A stretch of 56,708 nucleotides of DNA, counting the filler, from Ionaspis alba (taxonomy: Eukaryota), in NCBI GenBank assembly GCA_964255285.1. It is 4 parts of 4 records of this genome, joined end to end, with 100 filler letters (N's around TTAATTAATTAA, not from the genome) between each part and the next. Parts side by side here need not be neighbours in the genome. Positions count along the whole stretch, not along the records: positions 28,488 to 42,596 come from CAXUUL010000440.1; positions 42,697 to 56,708 come from CAXUUL010000442.1; 2 more parts are not named here. One strand, written 5' to 3'. Each line of letters opens with the position of its first letter. The first letter of the stretch is position 1. Below are positions 38,258 through 50,857 of this stretch, piece after piece. The position numbers and the translations under genes are program-made. Below the pieces are notes generated by a model. It made no database searches and had not been told where the DNA came from. It was given only the letters and a program-made list of their open reading frames with translations.

Positions 38258-39097
38258 GTACCGGCTTGATTCGTCTTTCGGGGCTCTGATTAGTTCGCTT
38301 ATCATAAGATTTAGGACCTCTAAGATAATAATAGTTACTCGCCAATGAACGTTACAATCGAGGGCATGAGTCTGCAAGGCAAATTCGTACCCATCACCAT
38401 CCAGCCATTCCCATCGCTGTGTCACCCCGACGAGCAGGAATTTTGACGGCACAGCATTGCAGGGACCACAGAGTCGCCAAAGCCACCCTCCAACTCTCCC
38501 CAACCACCGGAATTCCCTCCTGTACGACCACCCTTCATATGATAAGCCGCACGTGAAGTGTTTTTGGGGCCCATACCAATTCTTTATCACTCTGCCGGCT
38601 GTCTCTGCTAGATCATGAGCTTCATCAAGAGCAAATGGCGCACGCGGCTGTTAGCATATATCTTGTTGATGAGGTCTTCGATATCTGTCATGTTGATGTG
38701 GCCGTAGCTCCCACTAAATGGAGATAGCTGGAACTCAAGAATCATTTCAACGTCGCTTTGATAGTACAATTAGAGTGATGATTTGGCTCATCCAGGCTGA
38801 CAGTCGAGGATGGTCAGAGCATCAAGGTGTTGAGAGGTTGAGAGTATGAGGATGCTGGAGGCTTCGCTGATCACATTCTGACTGTAGCTTGCCCAAGCCT
38901 TGATTTCTCAGTCACACGAGTCTAAGCTCCTGCAAAGCATTTGAAAAAATGTCATCAGTGAGCAGTCATTCCATCATGTTTGAATAGAAACATCTTTGTT
39001 ATCGATCTTCCAGAGGTAAGGCGGTGCATCCCATACGTAAGGCGATGTCAAGCCATGCAAAGCAACTCTATCACCGCTCACCGAAGGATGCTCACCA

Positions 39098-40875
39098 TCA
39101 CCTCAGGACAGGATCAATTACCATCTCGTCTCCCTGCTCATCATCATCACCACGATCCTCATTAACCAGCATCATCATCTCCTCCATCTCCCTATCCCAC
39201 TCATCCCCATTCCCTTCATACCTCCCTCCAATCCAGAACTCCCCACCGCTCGTAGCAGCCTCCTCCAGCTCATTCTCAAAATCTCTCTCCTCATCCCCAA
39301 AGTCCATATCACCAGCCTCTCCAGCACCAGCACCATACGCGTCTAAACCCCACCCATCCTCAAACGATTTCCCAGCCTCCTCATCTACCGCAAACCCATA
39401 CCCAAACGTACTCAGGCCAACTCCATCTCTTTCCGCACGCAAGACCTGGATCTCGAAGTCCGCCAAGCCATGCTTACTTTGCATATGCATATCGAGATCG
39501 TACTCTCTAGCAAAGCGAAACCCGCACTCAGATCGTAGGCAAGGAATATCATGACCAGCCTCTTCATAAGCCGTGCCGGTGAGACGGCCAGCAGCAGTTG
39601 CTTTCTTCGCCTGGCTATTCTTAGCTTTTTGCTTCCCCTTCCGGGAGTGGTCGAGTCCCAGATGCACGGTTCGGACGTGTTCCTCGAGGTTGGATTTCGT
39701 AGTGAAGGCACGACCACAAGCGTCCGTGCCACTCCAGCCGTTGACTCTGTTCAGAGTCGCTGGGTCGAGAGCGCCACAGACGAAACCCTTTTGAGCGGCA
39801 TGGACGGTCTTAATGTGGACGGTCAGGTTGCCTTTCCTGGTGAACGAATGGCCGCAATCAGGCTCAGGGCAGACGTGAAGTTTCCGAGCCTCGGGGTCCA
39901 GGTTACCGTGTTGCGCTTCGATATGTCGATTAAGTTCCTTGTGAGTTTGGCACTTGGTGCCGCAGGTCTCGCAAGTTGGAGGATGAATAGATCGATTATG
40001 AGCTTGTAATTCTCCATACGTGGGGAACGCGATTCCTTGCTCAGTAGATTGATTTTGATGATCAAGTTGGTCTTTTGAAGTATTACACAGCGTACACCAG
40101 AACCGATTGCTGCCATGAGTTCGGCCTTGGTGCGTCTTCAGCTTGCCAGCTGTCTCAAAGCCGACTCCACAGGTCTTGCCATTCTCCGTCAGTTCCTCAC
40201 AGACGAAGTGTGGCTTTCCCTCATGCACAGAAGCTGTATGTTTCTGCAGAGTAGCGTGTTTGCGGAAGGTTTGACCACAGCCATTTGCTTTGCAGGCAAA
40301 TTCATCTCGCCCCTCGTGAGCAGCGTGATGTCTTTTCAGTCTTGTTCCTGTAACGAAGACTTTGCCACAACCGTCGTAGGCGCACACATAATCTCGTACC
40401 TCGGAATGCGCTGATTTGATATGATGCTTTAGGTGGGTATCTCGGAGGAAGTCCTTGGTACATGGAGCATGAGGACATTTGTATGGACGAGTGTTGGTGT
40501 GAGAATGAAGATGTTCGTTCAATTTGGCACGCCGATTGAAGGTCTTGGGGCAGTCGGGATATGGGCAGGCTTGGGTCTTGAGTTGAGACGGGTACTTCGG
40601 AGATGGCTTCGAGGAGACTGGACTAAGAGGTGTAGGAGCTGTAGAGGGAGGTTCTTCGTCTTGATCGAGTTGAAAATCATCGTAGCTGTCAGAAAGACCT
40701 GAGCCAACCGAATCTAACAATTCCATTAAACCTAGTCCCACATATAGTTGAGAAGCTTACCATCTTCGATTGGGGTAGGACTGCGATGGGATTTCTTGGG
40801 TATTGATTCTGCCGGAGTAACAGCCTTGCGCTTCTGGACCCTCAATGGATTGTCCATAGCAGCTGTTATGGTCAT
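39098..40875 (-). CDS. PZF1: Transcription factor IIIA (ten C2H2 fingers)
   Basis: Ten C2H2 fingers with a spacer before the last, and an acidic tail. Short first exon (ATG 40875 or 40857), intron ~40714-40760. Lies head-to-head with RPB6, as yeast PZF1/TFC2 does. Confidence 0.85.
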
Positions 40876-41102
40876 GACTATCCTCGAAATCGTCAGCGGA
40901 TCAAGAACTTGTCGCTAAACCCAAACACCGATTTTGTGCGCGAAATCTTGGCACGCTAAAAAGTTTCCGGGGGTATTGAGTGGTCAAGAATTTTGAAGCT
41001 CAACGCCGAGCTCTTCAGCACACGACATTTCGGCGGTCTCCTTACCAGGAAAATCGTGACTGTTTCAACAAGAGAGCTTAGTCATAGCTCCTTTTCTTCG
41101 AC

Positions 41103-41929
41103 ATGTCTGATTTTGGAGGTGACGACGACGACGGCGGGTGAGCTCCTCCCCTTTCTCGCAGCCAAGCTCTCCAAATTCAAAACCCTCAACGACTGTACCT
41201 AAAACCTTCATAGATATGAGCCGTACGAGCCCGAAGAACCCGCATTCGACGAAGACGAACCCTTCGACGCCGCCGATCCCGACGATGTTGAAAACGCCGA
41301 TGGCAGCAACGCACAACCAATGACAAATGGCACCGCACCTGAGCACGACGACCCTGATGCCAAAATCCCGAACGGGAACAATGTGGTTACGGTAGGGGAT
41401 CCGAATCAGGGAGGGGGAGCAGTAGGAGGGAAGAAGAATGCGGTGGTTGGATTGAGGGAGAAGAAGATCCCCGAGGAGAAGAGGAGTACGACGCCTTATA
41501 TGACGAAGTATGAGAGGGCGAGGGTGTTGGGGACGAGGGCGCTGCAGATTAGGTATGTAAGACTGTTTAAGGAAGGGCTGGAGATCCAGAGCTTGGGGTA
41601 GAGAGGGAGGATGGGGGGATTATGTTTGAAGGAGACTGGTGTTCTAGTGTCGCTGGAACGATTGAAGAAGCTATGGTATCAGAAGCTGACAGAACTTTGT
41701 CTTCAGCATGAATGCACCAGTTCTGGTTGATCTCGAAGGAGAGACGGATCCGCTTCAAATTGCCATCAAGGAATTGAGGGAAAAGAAGATTCCGTTGATA
41801 GTGAGGAGGTATCTGCCAGACGGATGGTAGGCTTTCCCCCATCTGCACGGATTTTCTACATATGCTTCTAGACGCGTTACTTATCATTCATTCAGGTATG
41901 AAGATTGGACATGCGAAGAACTCCTGTGA
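41103..41929 (+). CDS. RPB6: RNA polymerase I/II/III shared subunit RPB6 (RPABC2)
   Basis: Acidic N-terminus [84 protein letters not shown] over four exons. Confidence 0.97.
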
Positions 41930-42596
41930 GGAGCTTGGCTAAAAAGTGGAGTGTACTACCTTTTCTGTTGGACCTTGGAAGAGGTGGTGTTTGCTGTTGA
42001 ACTTTAGATACCACATCGGTCTGGAAGGCGTTAATTGGAGACGCACTGATAGAAATAGTCGTGAGAGCCCAGAACTCACCACGGGGGTCGTAATTGGCAC
42101 TCAGAATCTCACATACCGAATCTCTGCCTTATTCTTTGCCATCTGATAATGGTAGAAGATCGATGCGACGAGATTAGCTACGTGCTACATTACATACCGC
42201 AAGTAACGAATGCTGTTCCCGGACCCATTGATGGCAAACCTCAGGACGAGTCTCACCATAGTGTTATGAGTTATTACCAGAATCAAATAGCATGAAGTAA
42301 TTCAGCAGAGTTGTATGCGCCTATCTACACTTCGTTCTTGAGGCCGTTCAATCCATTTCACATCAAGCCATCATCAAGCCACCAGCATGCATAAAACAAT
42401 TCAAGCTCTCTAAGCCAACGAGCAATCCACCTCCCCCCAACCCATCAAGCACCACTCCCAATCACCTCACTCCCCTCACCAATCTCAAGCCCTAACCCTC
42501 AACCCGACCTCCACAGCCTCCTTCTGGACCAAAAAAAAAACCTTCAACGCCTCCCAATCCACCCCCTTATCCCTGCCCGTCTCCAGATCAAACGCC

Positions 42597-42696
42597 NNNN
42601 NNNNNNNNNNNNNNNNNNNNNNNNNNNNNNNNNNNNNNNNTTAATTAATTAANNNNNNNNNNNNNNNNNNNNNNNNNNNNNNNNNNNNNNNNNNNN
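42597..42696. other. Assembly gap with artificial TTAATTAATTAA spacer
   Basis: 44 N + TTAATTAATTAA + 44 N. Confidence 0.95.
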
Positions 42697-44158
42697 GGTT
42701 GGTGGTGGGGGTTATGACTGTTAGTAAGACGGTGCTTTATTGTGAGTTGGGGGTCTTTTTTCTTTTGTTGTTTGAGTGGTGGTGGTGGTGGTGGCTTATT
42801 GGGAGATAGGGTTGAATGAGTATTGTTCTGGTTTTCAACATATTGGACATAATGATGCGGTGTCGTTGCTTTTCTTGTGGGTTATTCCGAAGTAAGTTTC
42901 TTGGTCCTTGGGTTTGGTGGGACGATGAGACCATACTGATTCCTTTGCTGTAGTGGTGCGTGGTTGGTCTTTCCGAGCTATATGATCTATGTCTTTGGAT
43001 CAGAGATCTTGGAGGGATTGGCTGTTGCGAGTGGAGAGGAAGATGGCAAGGTGGAGAGAAACGTGCTGGCTATAAAGGATGAATGATTTGTGGTTTCTTG
43101 GTTGAGGATATAAAAGACAACCTTGAGCATTGCTGGCTAGACTAGCTGTGGTGTTCTCTGATAGACGCTTCCATGTGGATCTCGATAACACGGATATCGG
43201 ACTGGGACGAATCCACACCAGTGCCGACACGCTTCGCGTTGTGGAGCCCTGTTGTATATGGGGCATTGTCGTGCAACTGGTGGTGTGATCAAAAGATCGC
43301 AGTTTTTGCTTGATGCTATGCAGCTTCTTGGAGAGAATATGCTTGCTATCCTAATTCGCTAGGTAACTTTGAGCTAGAAACAGTAGTATGTCATGTTTCG
43401 CCTATGGCATGTCACAGGTTCTACTTTCTTGCCAATGGTTCGAACATGCTTCTGCGTTTCTGGAGCAGTGGCTACCTCTTATGAAGCTTGGGAATCAGGC
43501 AACAAATCTACGTCTATATTTCCAGGATTTCTCCGACTATGCTAGTCACGCACGGTCCCGTTCCTGAAGAAGGAGGGACAACTTGCCGCGAGCCGACTCA
43601 AGAGCTCGGGAGTTGTCGTGTAAGATAAGACAGCTAGTTCCATCGAAGAACAACGGCCAAAGTTGTAGTGACCAAGGCAGTCACCTCGGCTTCAGATACC
43701 CCCCGAATCAATGTCCCTTTGTAAGGATATTCGGAGCTATAACAGATCAGACTGGGCTCAAAATTCGGGGTTCAATTGACATAGATGGCGTGAGCACTAG
43801 AGCTGCTTCCCCTTCCTCCACCTTTCATCCCAAGGAACGAACCAATTCTTGATGCAGAGAGAACCGACTCAATCCCACCTCGTGTCGTGGGTAGCTTTGA
43901 TGTATTCGTTCCGTGAGTGGCTGAACACATCAGACGAGAAGGGGACATGGAGGGCGATCATCAGATTCTGCGCGTCCAGTTGTACGAATACCAACCGGTC
44001 GTCGTGGTACAAGGTTGATCGATCTGATCTCATTTGGATATCGTCTCTGTCCTGCCCAGGACCACTGCTGCGGGTAGTCCGGGATGACGAGCCCACAGGG
44101 TACCAGAGTAGACCCGTACGACTTTTCCCTTCTTGTCGACAGCGTGAGAACCTGAATG

Positions 44159-44986
44159 GCGGGGTTTCTCCTGCAGTATCAATCGAGTGTGCGAGCACGA
44201 ATGGGGGAGTTGGTACACCGTACTGTCGAGGAATTAAATGCCGCGCATGGGTGGAAGGTTTATGCTCCGGTCGAATCGAAAACGGCTGAACTTCGGCTCC
44301 AGGAAGTAGGAAATTGCGGGGTGCATACTGTTAGGATCACAAAGGAACCAATAACGATAGTATCCAACTATACCAACTCTGCAGGGCCCAGCGAGCAGTC
44401 ATTCGTGGCGTGAGCTGCTGTAGCCTTCGGGCCTTTAGTAGCCATGTCTGAATAATGTTAAGCCTCCGTAGCAAGTAGGTACCTCGGAGCTTTGGACAAA
44501 CTATACCCGCAGACGGGGTATCTTTGCTTGCAGGAGGAACGGCAAATCTACCGGTCTTTTGCTGCAGGTATAGACGGAACAAAGTTGTTTCTCAGCCACT
44601 TACTCGTATAGACCGGATATTGATGGAATCCAGCGTCGTGGGTCTAAAGGACGTCCGAGGACCAAGACGCGGGGAACGTCCCCAGAATGGATCTCTCCTT
44701 CATTGACCATGGTCCCTAAAGCCAGCGGGGTATTGAATGTCGCTGGTGGAGAAAATGGTGAGATTCAGTATGCAGGCGATGACCAAGCAGTAGGTCATTC
44801 GAGGTTGTCCTCGTGTCACTTTCCTACAAAGGTCAGAGCGCGGAGGTACATGGAGTCGACACACCACCAACTCGCGCAGGTTGGATGGTTCTTGGCCCAC
44901 CTGACTATACATGCTGCTAAGACTTTGCGTGCAAGTTGCGGGGAAATCGACAAGCTACTACTGGCTTGCCCTGATCCCGGGCGGGG
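44159..44986 (+). promoter_or_regulatory. Cluster of CreA/Mig1-type SYGGRG boxes and a CGG-N8-CCG site upstream of the GH3 gene
   Basis: GCGGGG at 44159, 44316, 44669, 44725, 44938, 44981; GTGGAG at 44746; GCGGAG at 44840; CGGCAAATCTACCG at 44540-44553. Confidence 0.55.
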
Positions 44987-45234
44987 AGGCTTTTAGGTTC
45001 GTCGGCCGTTGCCCCATGTTTTATGACAACATCAAAGGCACGAACCGTGCATGGGTGTTCGGGAAACATTGCTCTTTAAACTTGCGAACAGCCCACATTT
45101 TTGGTTGTCAAGCCGACAGCTTCCCCCGAGCTCTCAATCTTCCAGCTTCAGCTCTCGCTTTGTTCAGCCTCTGCTTCAGCATCTGTAGAGCTTCAAATTG
45201 GTGCTCATCCACTTTTGGACGTCATTGATCCAAG

Positions 45235-48200
45235 ATGTGGCTTAAGCCTTTATTGGTGCTAGCGACGGTTGGCGCCGTTGTCAACGCCCAGGTCAGTCCA
45301 CAACCGTCCTTTCCTTCTTATCATCTGGAGTGGCGCCGTATCGCCTTGTCAGAAGCTTGATTGGACTGACCAGAATCAGTCGACGCCTTCGACTTATCCA
45401 GGGGCTGAATCTCCAGATCCTGCTGCAAAGGCGGGAAGCGCTTCTGGTCAGAAGTCCCCGCCCAGCTATCCTTCGACATGGGGAACTGGAGCTGGAGACT
45501 GGGCGAGTGCCTATTCCAAGGCGCGAGCTCTTGTACGCCAAATGACTTTGCTTGAGAAAGTCAACTTGACTACCGGTGTCGGGTATGTAAAAGCTCTAGC
45601 TCCAATTCAAGCTCTATTTGCACTGGCTTACGCTTCACAGCTGGGAGGGAGAGCGATGTGTCGGTAAGATGTCCTGCAAAGCATGCATGCCATGATTACC
45701 GTTGCAACAGTGTTGTTGATTCACGATCAGGTCAAAACGTAAGTCGCTTCCGCACCTATGATTTGGCGCTTCGGCTAACGTGGTTGTCAGGGCGCAATTC
45801 CGAGACTAGGGTTCCGTAGCTTGTGCATGCAAGACTCACCGCTTGGCGTCAGGCTCAGTCCGTATAACTTCACCCAAACATGAGGAGCAGGCTAATTGTG
45901 TTACAGCTGATTTCAACTCCGCTTTTCCTGCCGGAGTCAATGTTGCAGCTACCTTCGATCGCCGTCTGGCGCGAGCTCGCGGCACCGCCATGGGAGCCGA
46001 GCACCGTGGGAAGGGTGTCGACGTTCAGTTGGGACCCGTCTCAGGTCCTCTCGGACGAGAGCCAGAAGGCGGTAGGAATTGGGAGGGCTTCAGTCCCGAT
46101 CCAGTTTTGACCGGTATCATGATGGCAGAAACTGTCAGGGGAATTCAAGAACAGGGAGTCATTGCATGTTCTAAGCACTACATCCTGAACGAGCAAGAGC
46201 ACTTCCGACAGGCACCTCAGGAGGGCTTCAACATTACCGATAGCTCAAGCTCAAACATCGATGATGTTACTCTGCACGAAACCTATCTATGGTATGTTTA
46301 GGCCCTTGATAGGAAGACAGCTTTTCGTCTGACACTCTTAAGGCCTTTCGCTGATGCAGTCCGTGCTGGAACTGGATCAATCATGTGCTCGTAAGTTTCT
46401 CTTTAGCCTTGATCTTCCAATCGCACCGCGTGGACTGGAGGTTAAGAAGATTTGTAGTTACAACCAAATCAACAACAGCTATGGTTGCCAAAACAGCTAC
46501 CTACTCAATCACATTCTGAAAGGAGAGCTTGGATTTGAAGGTTTCGTGATGAGCGACTGGGGCGCACAACACTCTGGAGTCGGTACAGCTTTGGCAGGAT
46601 TGGACATGACAATGCCCGGAGACGTCGGCTTCGATTCGAGCACATCCTTCTGGGGAGCCAACCTCACCGTCGCTGTCCTTAACGGAACAGTCCCTCAGTG
46701 GCGTCTTGACGATGCTGCCACAAGAATTCTAGCAGCCTGGTACTATGTCGGGCGCGACACCAAGGCCGTCCCCATCAACTTCGACTCTTGGTCGCTCGAG
46801 ACATTCGGCTATCAACATGCTGCTGCAAGACAGGGGTTCACTCTGATCAATGAACACGTTGACGTCCGTGATGACCATGCCCGTCTCATTCGTGAGATTG
46901 GAGCTGCAAGCACTGTTCTACTTAAAAACACAAACAACGCTCTCCCATTGTCTGGCAAAGAGAAGCTCACGGGTGTCTTCGGAGAGGATGCTGGAAGTAA
47001 CGCCTATGGCCCCAATGGCTGTTCCGACCGCGGCTGCGACAATGGCACTCTAGCAATGGGATGGGGCTCTGGAACTGCCAACTTCCCGTACCTTGTTACT
47101 CCTGAAACTGCTATTCAGAATGCCTTGGTGGCTCAAGGGTCTCCTGTCGAAGCTATTACCAATAACTATGCATACAGTCAGATACAGACTCTTGCTCATC
47201 GAGTAAGCGTAGCTATTGTCTTTGTCAACGCAGACGCTGGTGAAGGATACATTACCGTTGACAACAATGTCGGCGATCGCAAGAACCTGGTATGTGCAAA
47301 TCATGACCCCAGCACTTTTTACCAGGCTTAGTGACTCATATTCTCTAGACACTGTGGAAGGACGGCGACATTCTGATCCAAAATGTCTCTGCAATTTGTA
47401 ACAATACGATCGTTGTGGTTCATTCCGCTGGCCCAGTCCTTTTGGCAGACTACGCTAGCAATCCAAATATCAGTGCCATCTTGTGGGCTGGTATGCCAGG
47501 CGAGCAATCTGGAAACTCAATCGTAGACGTCCTCTACGGTAGAGTCAATCCCAGCGCGAAGACACCATTCACATGGGCAAAAACCCGAGAAGACTATGGC
47601 ACAGATGTTCTATACCAAACAACCGAAGCTGTACCGCAGATTGGCTTCACGGAAGGCAACTTTATCGATTATCGCGCACTAGATCGCTCAGGCAAAACGC
47701 CCGTGTATCCGTTCGGTTTCGGCTTGAGTTATACCACTTTCAGCTATTCAAATCTACAGATCGTAAAGAGGAATGCTCGCCCATACACACCTAATACAGG
47801 AAAAACTTCTCCTGCACCAACTTTTGGCACAATTTCTAATCGCACAGCCGATTACCTCTATCCGGCCAACTTCACTCGAGTTCCTCTCTACATCTACCCT
47901 TATCTGAACTTCACAGACCTCAAGCAGTCAGCCAACGATCCCTCCTACGGACTACCAGGTTTCGTCCCTCCAGGATCGCAAGACAGTTCTCCTCAGCCCA
48001 AAGTACCGGCCGGAGGAGCACCAGGTGGGAATCCACAGTTGTACGATGTGTTGTATGAGGTTAGTGCCACGGTCACCAACACCGGCAAAGTATCAGGAAT
48101 GGAAGTTCCACAAATGGTAAGTCTCTACTACCCTCCACAATCCCGAACACAGAATTCTAAAATGGTCCTAGTACCTGTCCCTCGGATCTCCCACCGATCC

Positions 48201-48396
48201 CAAGATCGTCCTCCGAGGCTTCGACAGATTGTCGATCCATCCAGGCCAATCGGCTACTTTCAAGGCCCAGCTCACCCGCCGCGATGTCTCCAACTGGGAC
48301 ACCAATGCGCAGAACTGGGTTATCTCGAAATACCCGAAGACTGTTTATGTCGGCAGCTCGTCTAGGAGCCTTCCGCTTTCCATGGCCCTTCCATAG
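45235..48396 (+). CDS. Secreted GH3 beta-glucosidase (BglA/Cel3 type), many introns
   Basis: Signal peptide [68 protein letters not shown] nucleophile; [21 protein letters not shown]; FnIII-like C-terminus. Confidence 0.95.
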
Positions 48397-48945
48397 AGGC
48401 TTCGGTGCAGGCTTCTCAAAAGTTTGTTTGAGATCCGAGGAAGCTTGGTGGTGGACAGTGGACGAAGGTATTAGTACATATTGTGGCTGATATCTCGGCA
48501 ATGCCGTTTGTGGATCGAAGAAAAGTATCCGAGGTTGAGACGATGTATACGAACTGATTGATGAGATTCTTGTAAATAGGTCATCATGTAGCTTGATCGA
48601 CATATCGTCGTAGCTGACGCAAATCAATCCTTGATTTTTTGGGGACTTTGCTTGACCTTCACTGACCATAATTCCTAACTCGGTCTATCTGTGACCTGGA
48701 AACCTCAAATTTCCTCTCCCTACTATTATGTCGTATTCAGCTACAAAAAAACCTCTCGCCTTCCTTTCCTCCACCCTGAACGCAACTAGCATGAGAGCAC
48801 AACATCCACCACCACCGGCACCTTTCTCGCTTCCCCACGTGAACACAGTCACACACGGTAGTCGCAGCATCTGAGGGACATACTCGGGATTTGTGCTCCC
48901 AAAACCACAAGCCACGCTCGCACGACAACGAGCTCCCATCGCACA

Positions 48946-49045
48946 NNNNNNNNNNNNNNNNNNNNNNNNNNNNNNNNNNNNNNNNNNNNNNNNNNNNNNN
49001 NNNNNNNNNNNNNNNNNNNNNNNNNNNNNNNNNNNNNNNNNNNNN
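48946..49045. other. Assembly gap (100 N)
   Basis: Run of 100 N. Confidence 0.95.
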
Positions 49046-50857
49046 CTTCTGGTGGAGACCTATGTACATATGCAGTGAGATTCGGCCGGTACAGCATGGA
49101 ATGTTTCAGGCGAGAGGGTGAGCGGAGGAAGGGGTGAGGAGGGGGGCTTTGCCGAGGTGAGGGAGATAGATGGCAAGAGATGGATATCGACGGTATGTTT
49201 TTGATTTATGGGCTTAGGAGCTTGGGGGCCGATGCGATGGGCGGGATGTTATCGTAGTGGGTATCGGGGGCTTGGGAGATAGACGTTGATCTGATGGTTA
49301 GAGTAAGGTGTAGTATCTTTGGACGATGATGACGATCCTTCTGTCTTACGTTGATGAGTAGAGTAGGTAATCTTTACGGTTTTGATTGTCGTTTGCTACT
49401 GCTTACTTTCTAGGGATCTTTGAGCTCGTACAAAGGGCTTGACTTCTTATCATCGACAAAGACAGAGGACACGGGCTACTGTCTCATCCTCTTTCTCTCC
49501 AAGGAAGCATTCTCGGTAGCGCATTGCAGCCAATGGATACTCCGTGCTCCAATGAGTATGGAGAGTCGCTTCTTCGAACACTCTTGGATGATAGGATACT
49601 CCTTTTCCATCTTTCAATTTCCATTGTTGGCTGTTCATCTCCGATTGGGGTGGCGTTGGCACGGTAGATATTACCCAAATGCGCACTACTTTTCGTACAC
49701 GAAGATCCATGGAGCAGACTTCATGTGGCAAGTACCTACTCTAGCGACAACAACGCTGGGAGAGCGACGATTGGTTGAAGTTTCAGCGATCTTGCGTCCG
49801 CACCCTAGCCTGTTGCTTCGATAGATCAACACACCCATGAGCACCACTCGCATCTGTACGACGCTGTCGCAACCAAAAAAAAAGAGGGTCGTGTGCTACC
49901 CATGGAAGTCAGCTAGAATGGTGGAATCGCATGCTTGACTTTACTCGAATCGGACGTTGCATTCCTAACCATCTCGCTTCGTTGCTGCAGAGAGCGGACG
50001 AGGGTGGTGAGCAGGATAGCGATGATGATGAGGAGAGAAGCGGGCCAAGAATGCCAGAAGCATCGCTGTCACCGAGATCTCCCCCCGCGTCTGCTACTCC
50101 GCTTCCTCTAGGCATTTTGCTTTCCTCGCACAAGAACAACCCATTTCCATTCTAGCACTCGGGGACTAAAGACGCCCAACCGTACAGTTGCTGATGCTTG
50201 CCGATGCTTGCTGATGCTTGTGCAGCGGAGCGACGACAGACTACTTTCTGTGGTCGTCAGTTCGAAAAACCTGCCACTAATTCCGGCATGATCCAGTCCC
50301 ACGACATCTTTACCATACGAGCCTATGCGCTTTTGGGAAGCTCTCTCTGCGCGGTGCCGTTAGCGACTAGCCTACTTCCTATGCACCTTCCTTATCATTC
50401 ACTGGATCAACGCTTTCTTGCGTCCTGGCGTCGTGCATTCCGGTGTCTGATTGGCCAGCACCCACGGATGTCCTCATGTCGACCTGTCCCCGGGAGTGGA
50501 TGGTCTCAGGTCGATGCTATCGGCCAAGCAGACAACCGCTCGCTGTCTGGGGAAGGTGGTGAGCTCGAATTCTAGAATCCAATTCCCGCTTCCGAGGTCC
50601 ATCGCCGCATCATTCGCCATGCGGTTCAGGACGCTGCCCAGATAACGATACCACTCGGTCGAAGCGTCGCCTTCTGATAGCCATTCCCTCCCAACCCTAG
50701 GGTACCATCCCTGCCTCGTCCCACATCATGCTGCTGGCTGCATCGATACAAAGCTCTCGTGTCTGCCCGCATTCCCCTCCCCTCTCTCGACCCAGCCCTT
50801 ACCTGATCACGCTTTGAGGACTTCAGAATTTCCCTGAGAGCCTCAATTCGAGTCACC

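Noticed and set aside
42490..42510. CCCTAACCCTCAACCC as a telomeric repeat
   Set aside because: Only one perfect unit within a C-rich tract.
42400..42934. Minus-strand gene spanning the gap (AFDLETGRDKGVDWEALK...)
   Set aside because: Only short low-complexity fragments either side of an artificial join; cannot be supported.
50191..50220. GCTGATGCTT-like 10-mer repeated three times
   Set aside because: Simple slippage repeat with no spacers; not CRISPR-like.
49420..50645. Several 60-134 aa ORFs upstream of the OPT gene
   Set aside because: Overlapping, mostly non-ATG starts and no family signal; consistent with intergenic DNA.
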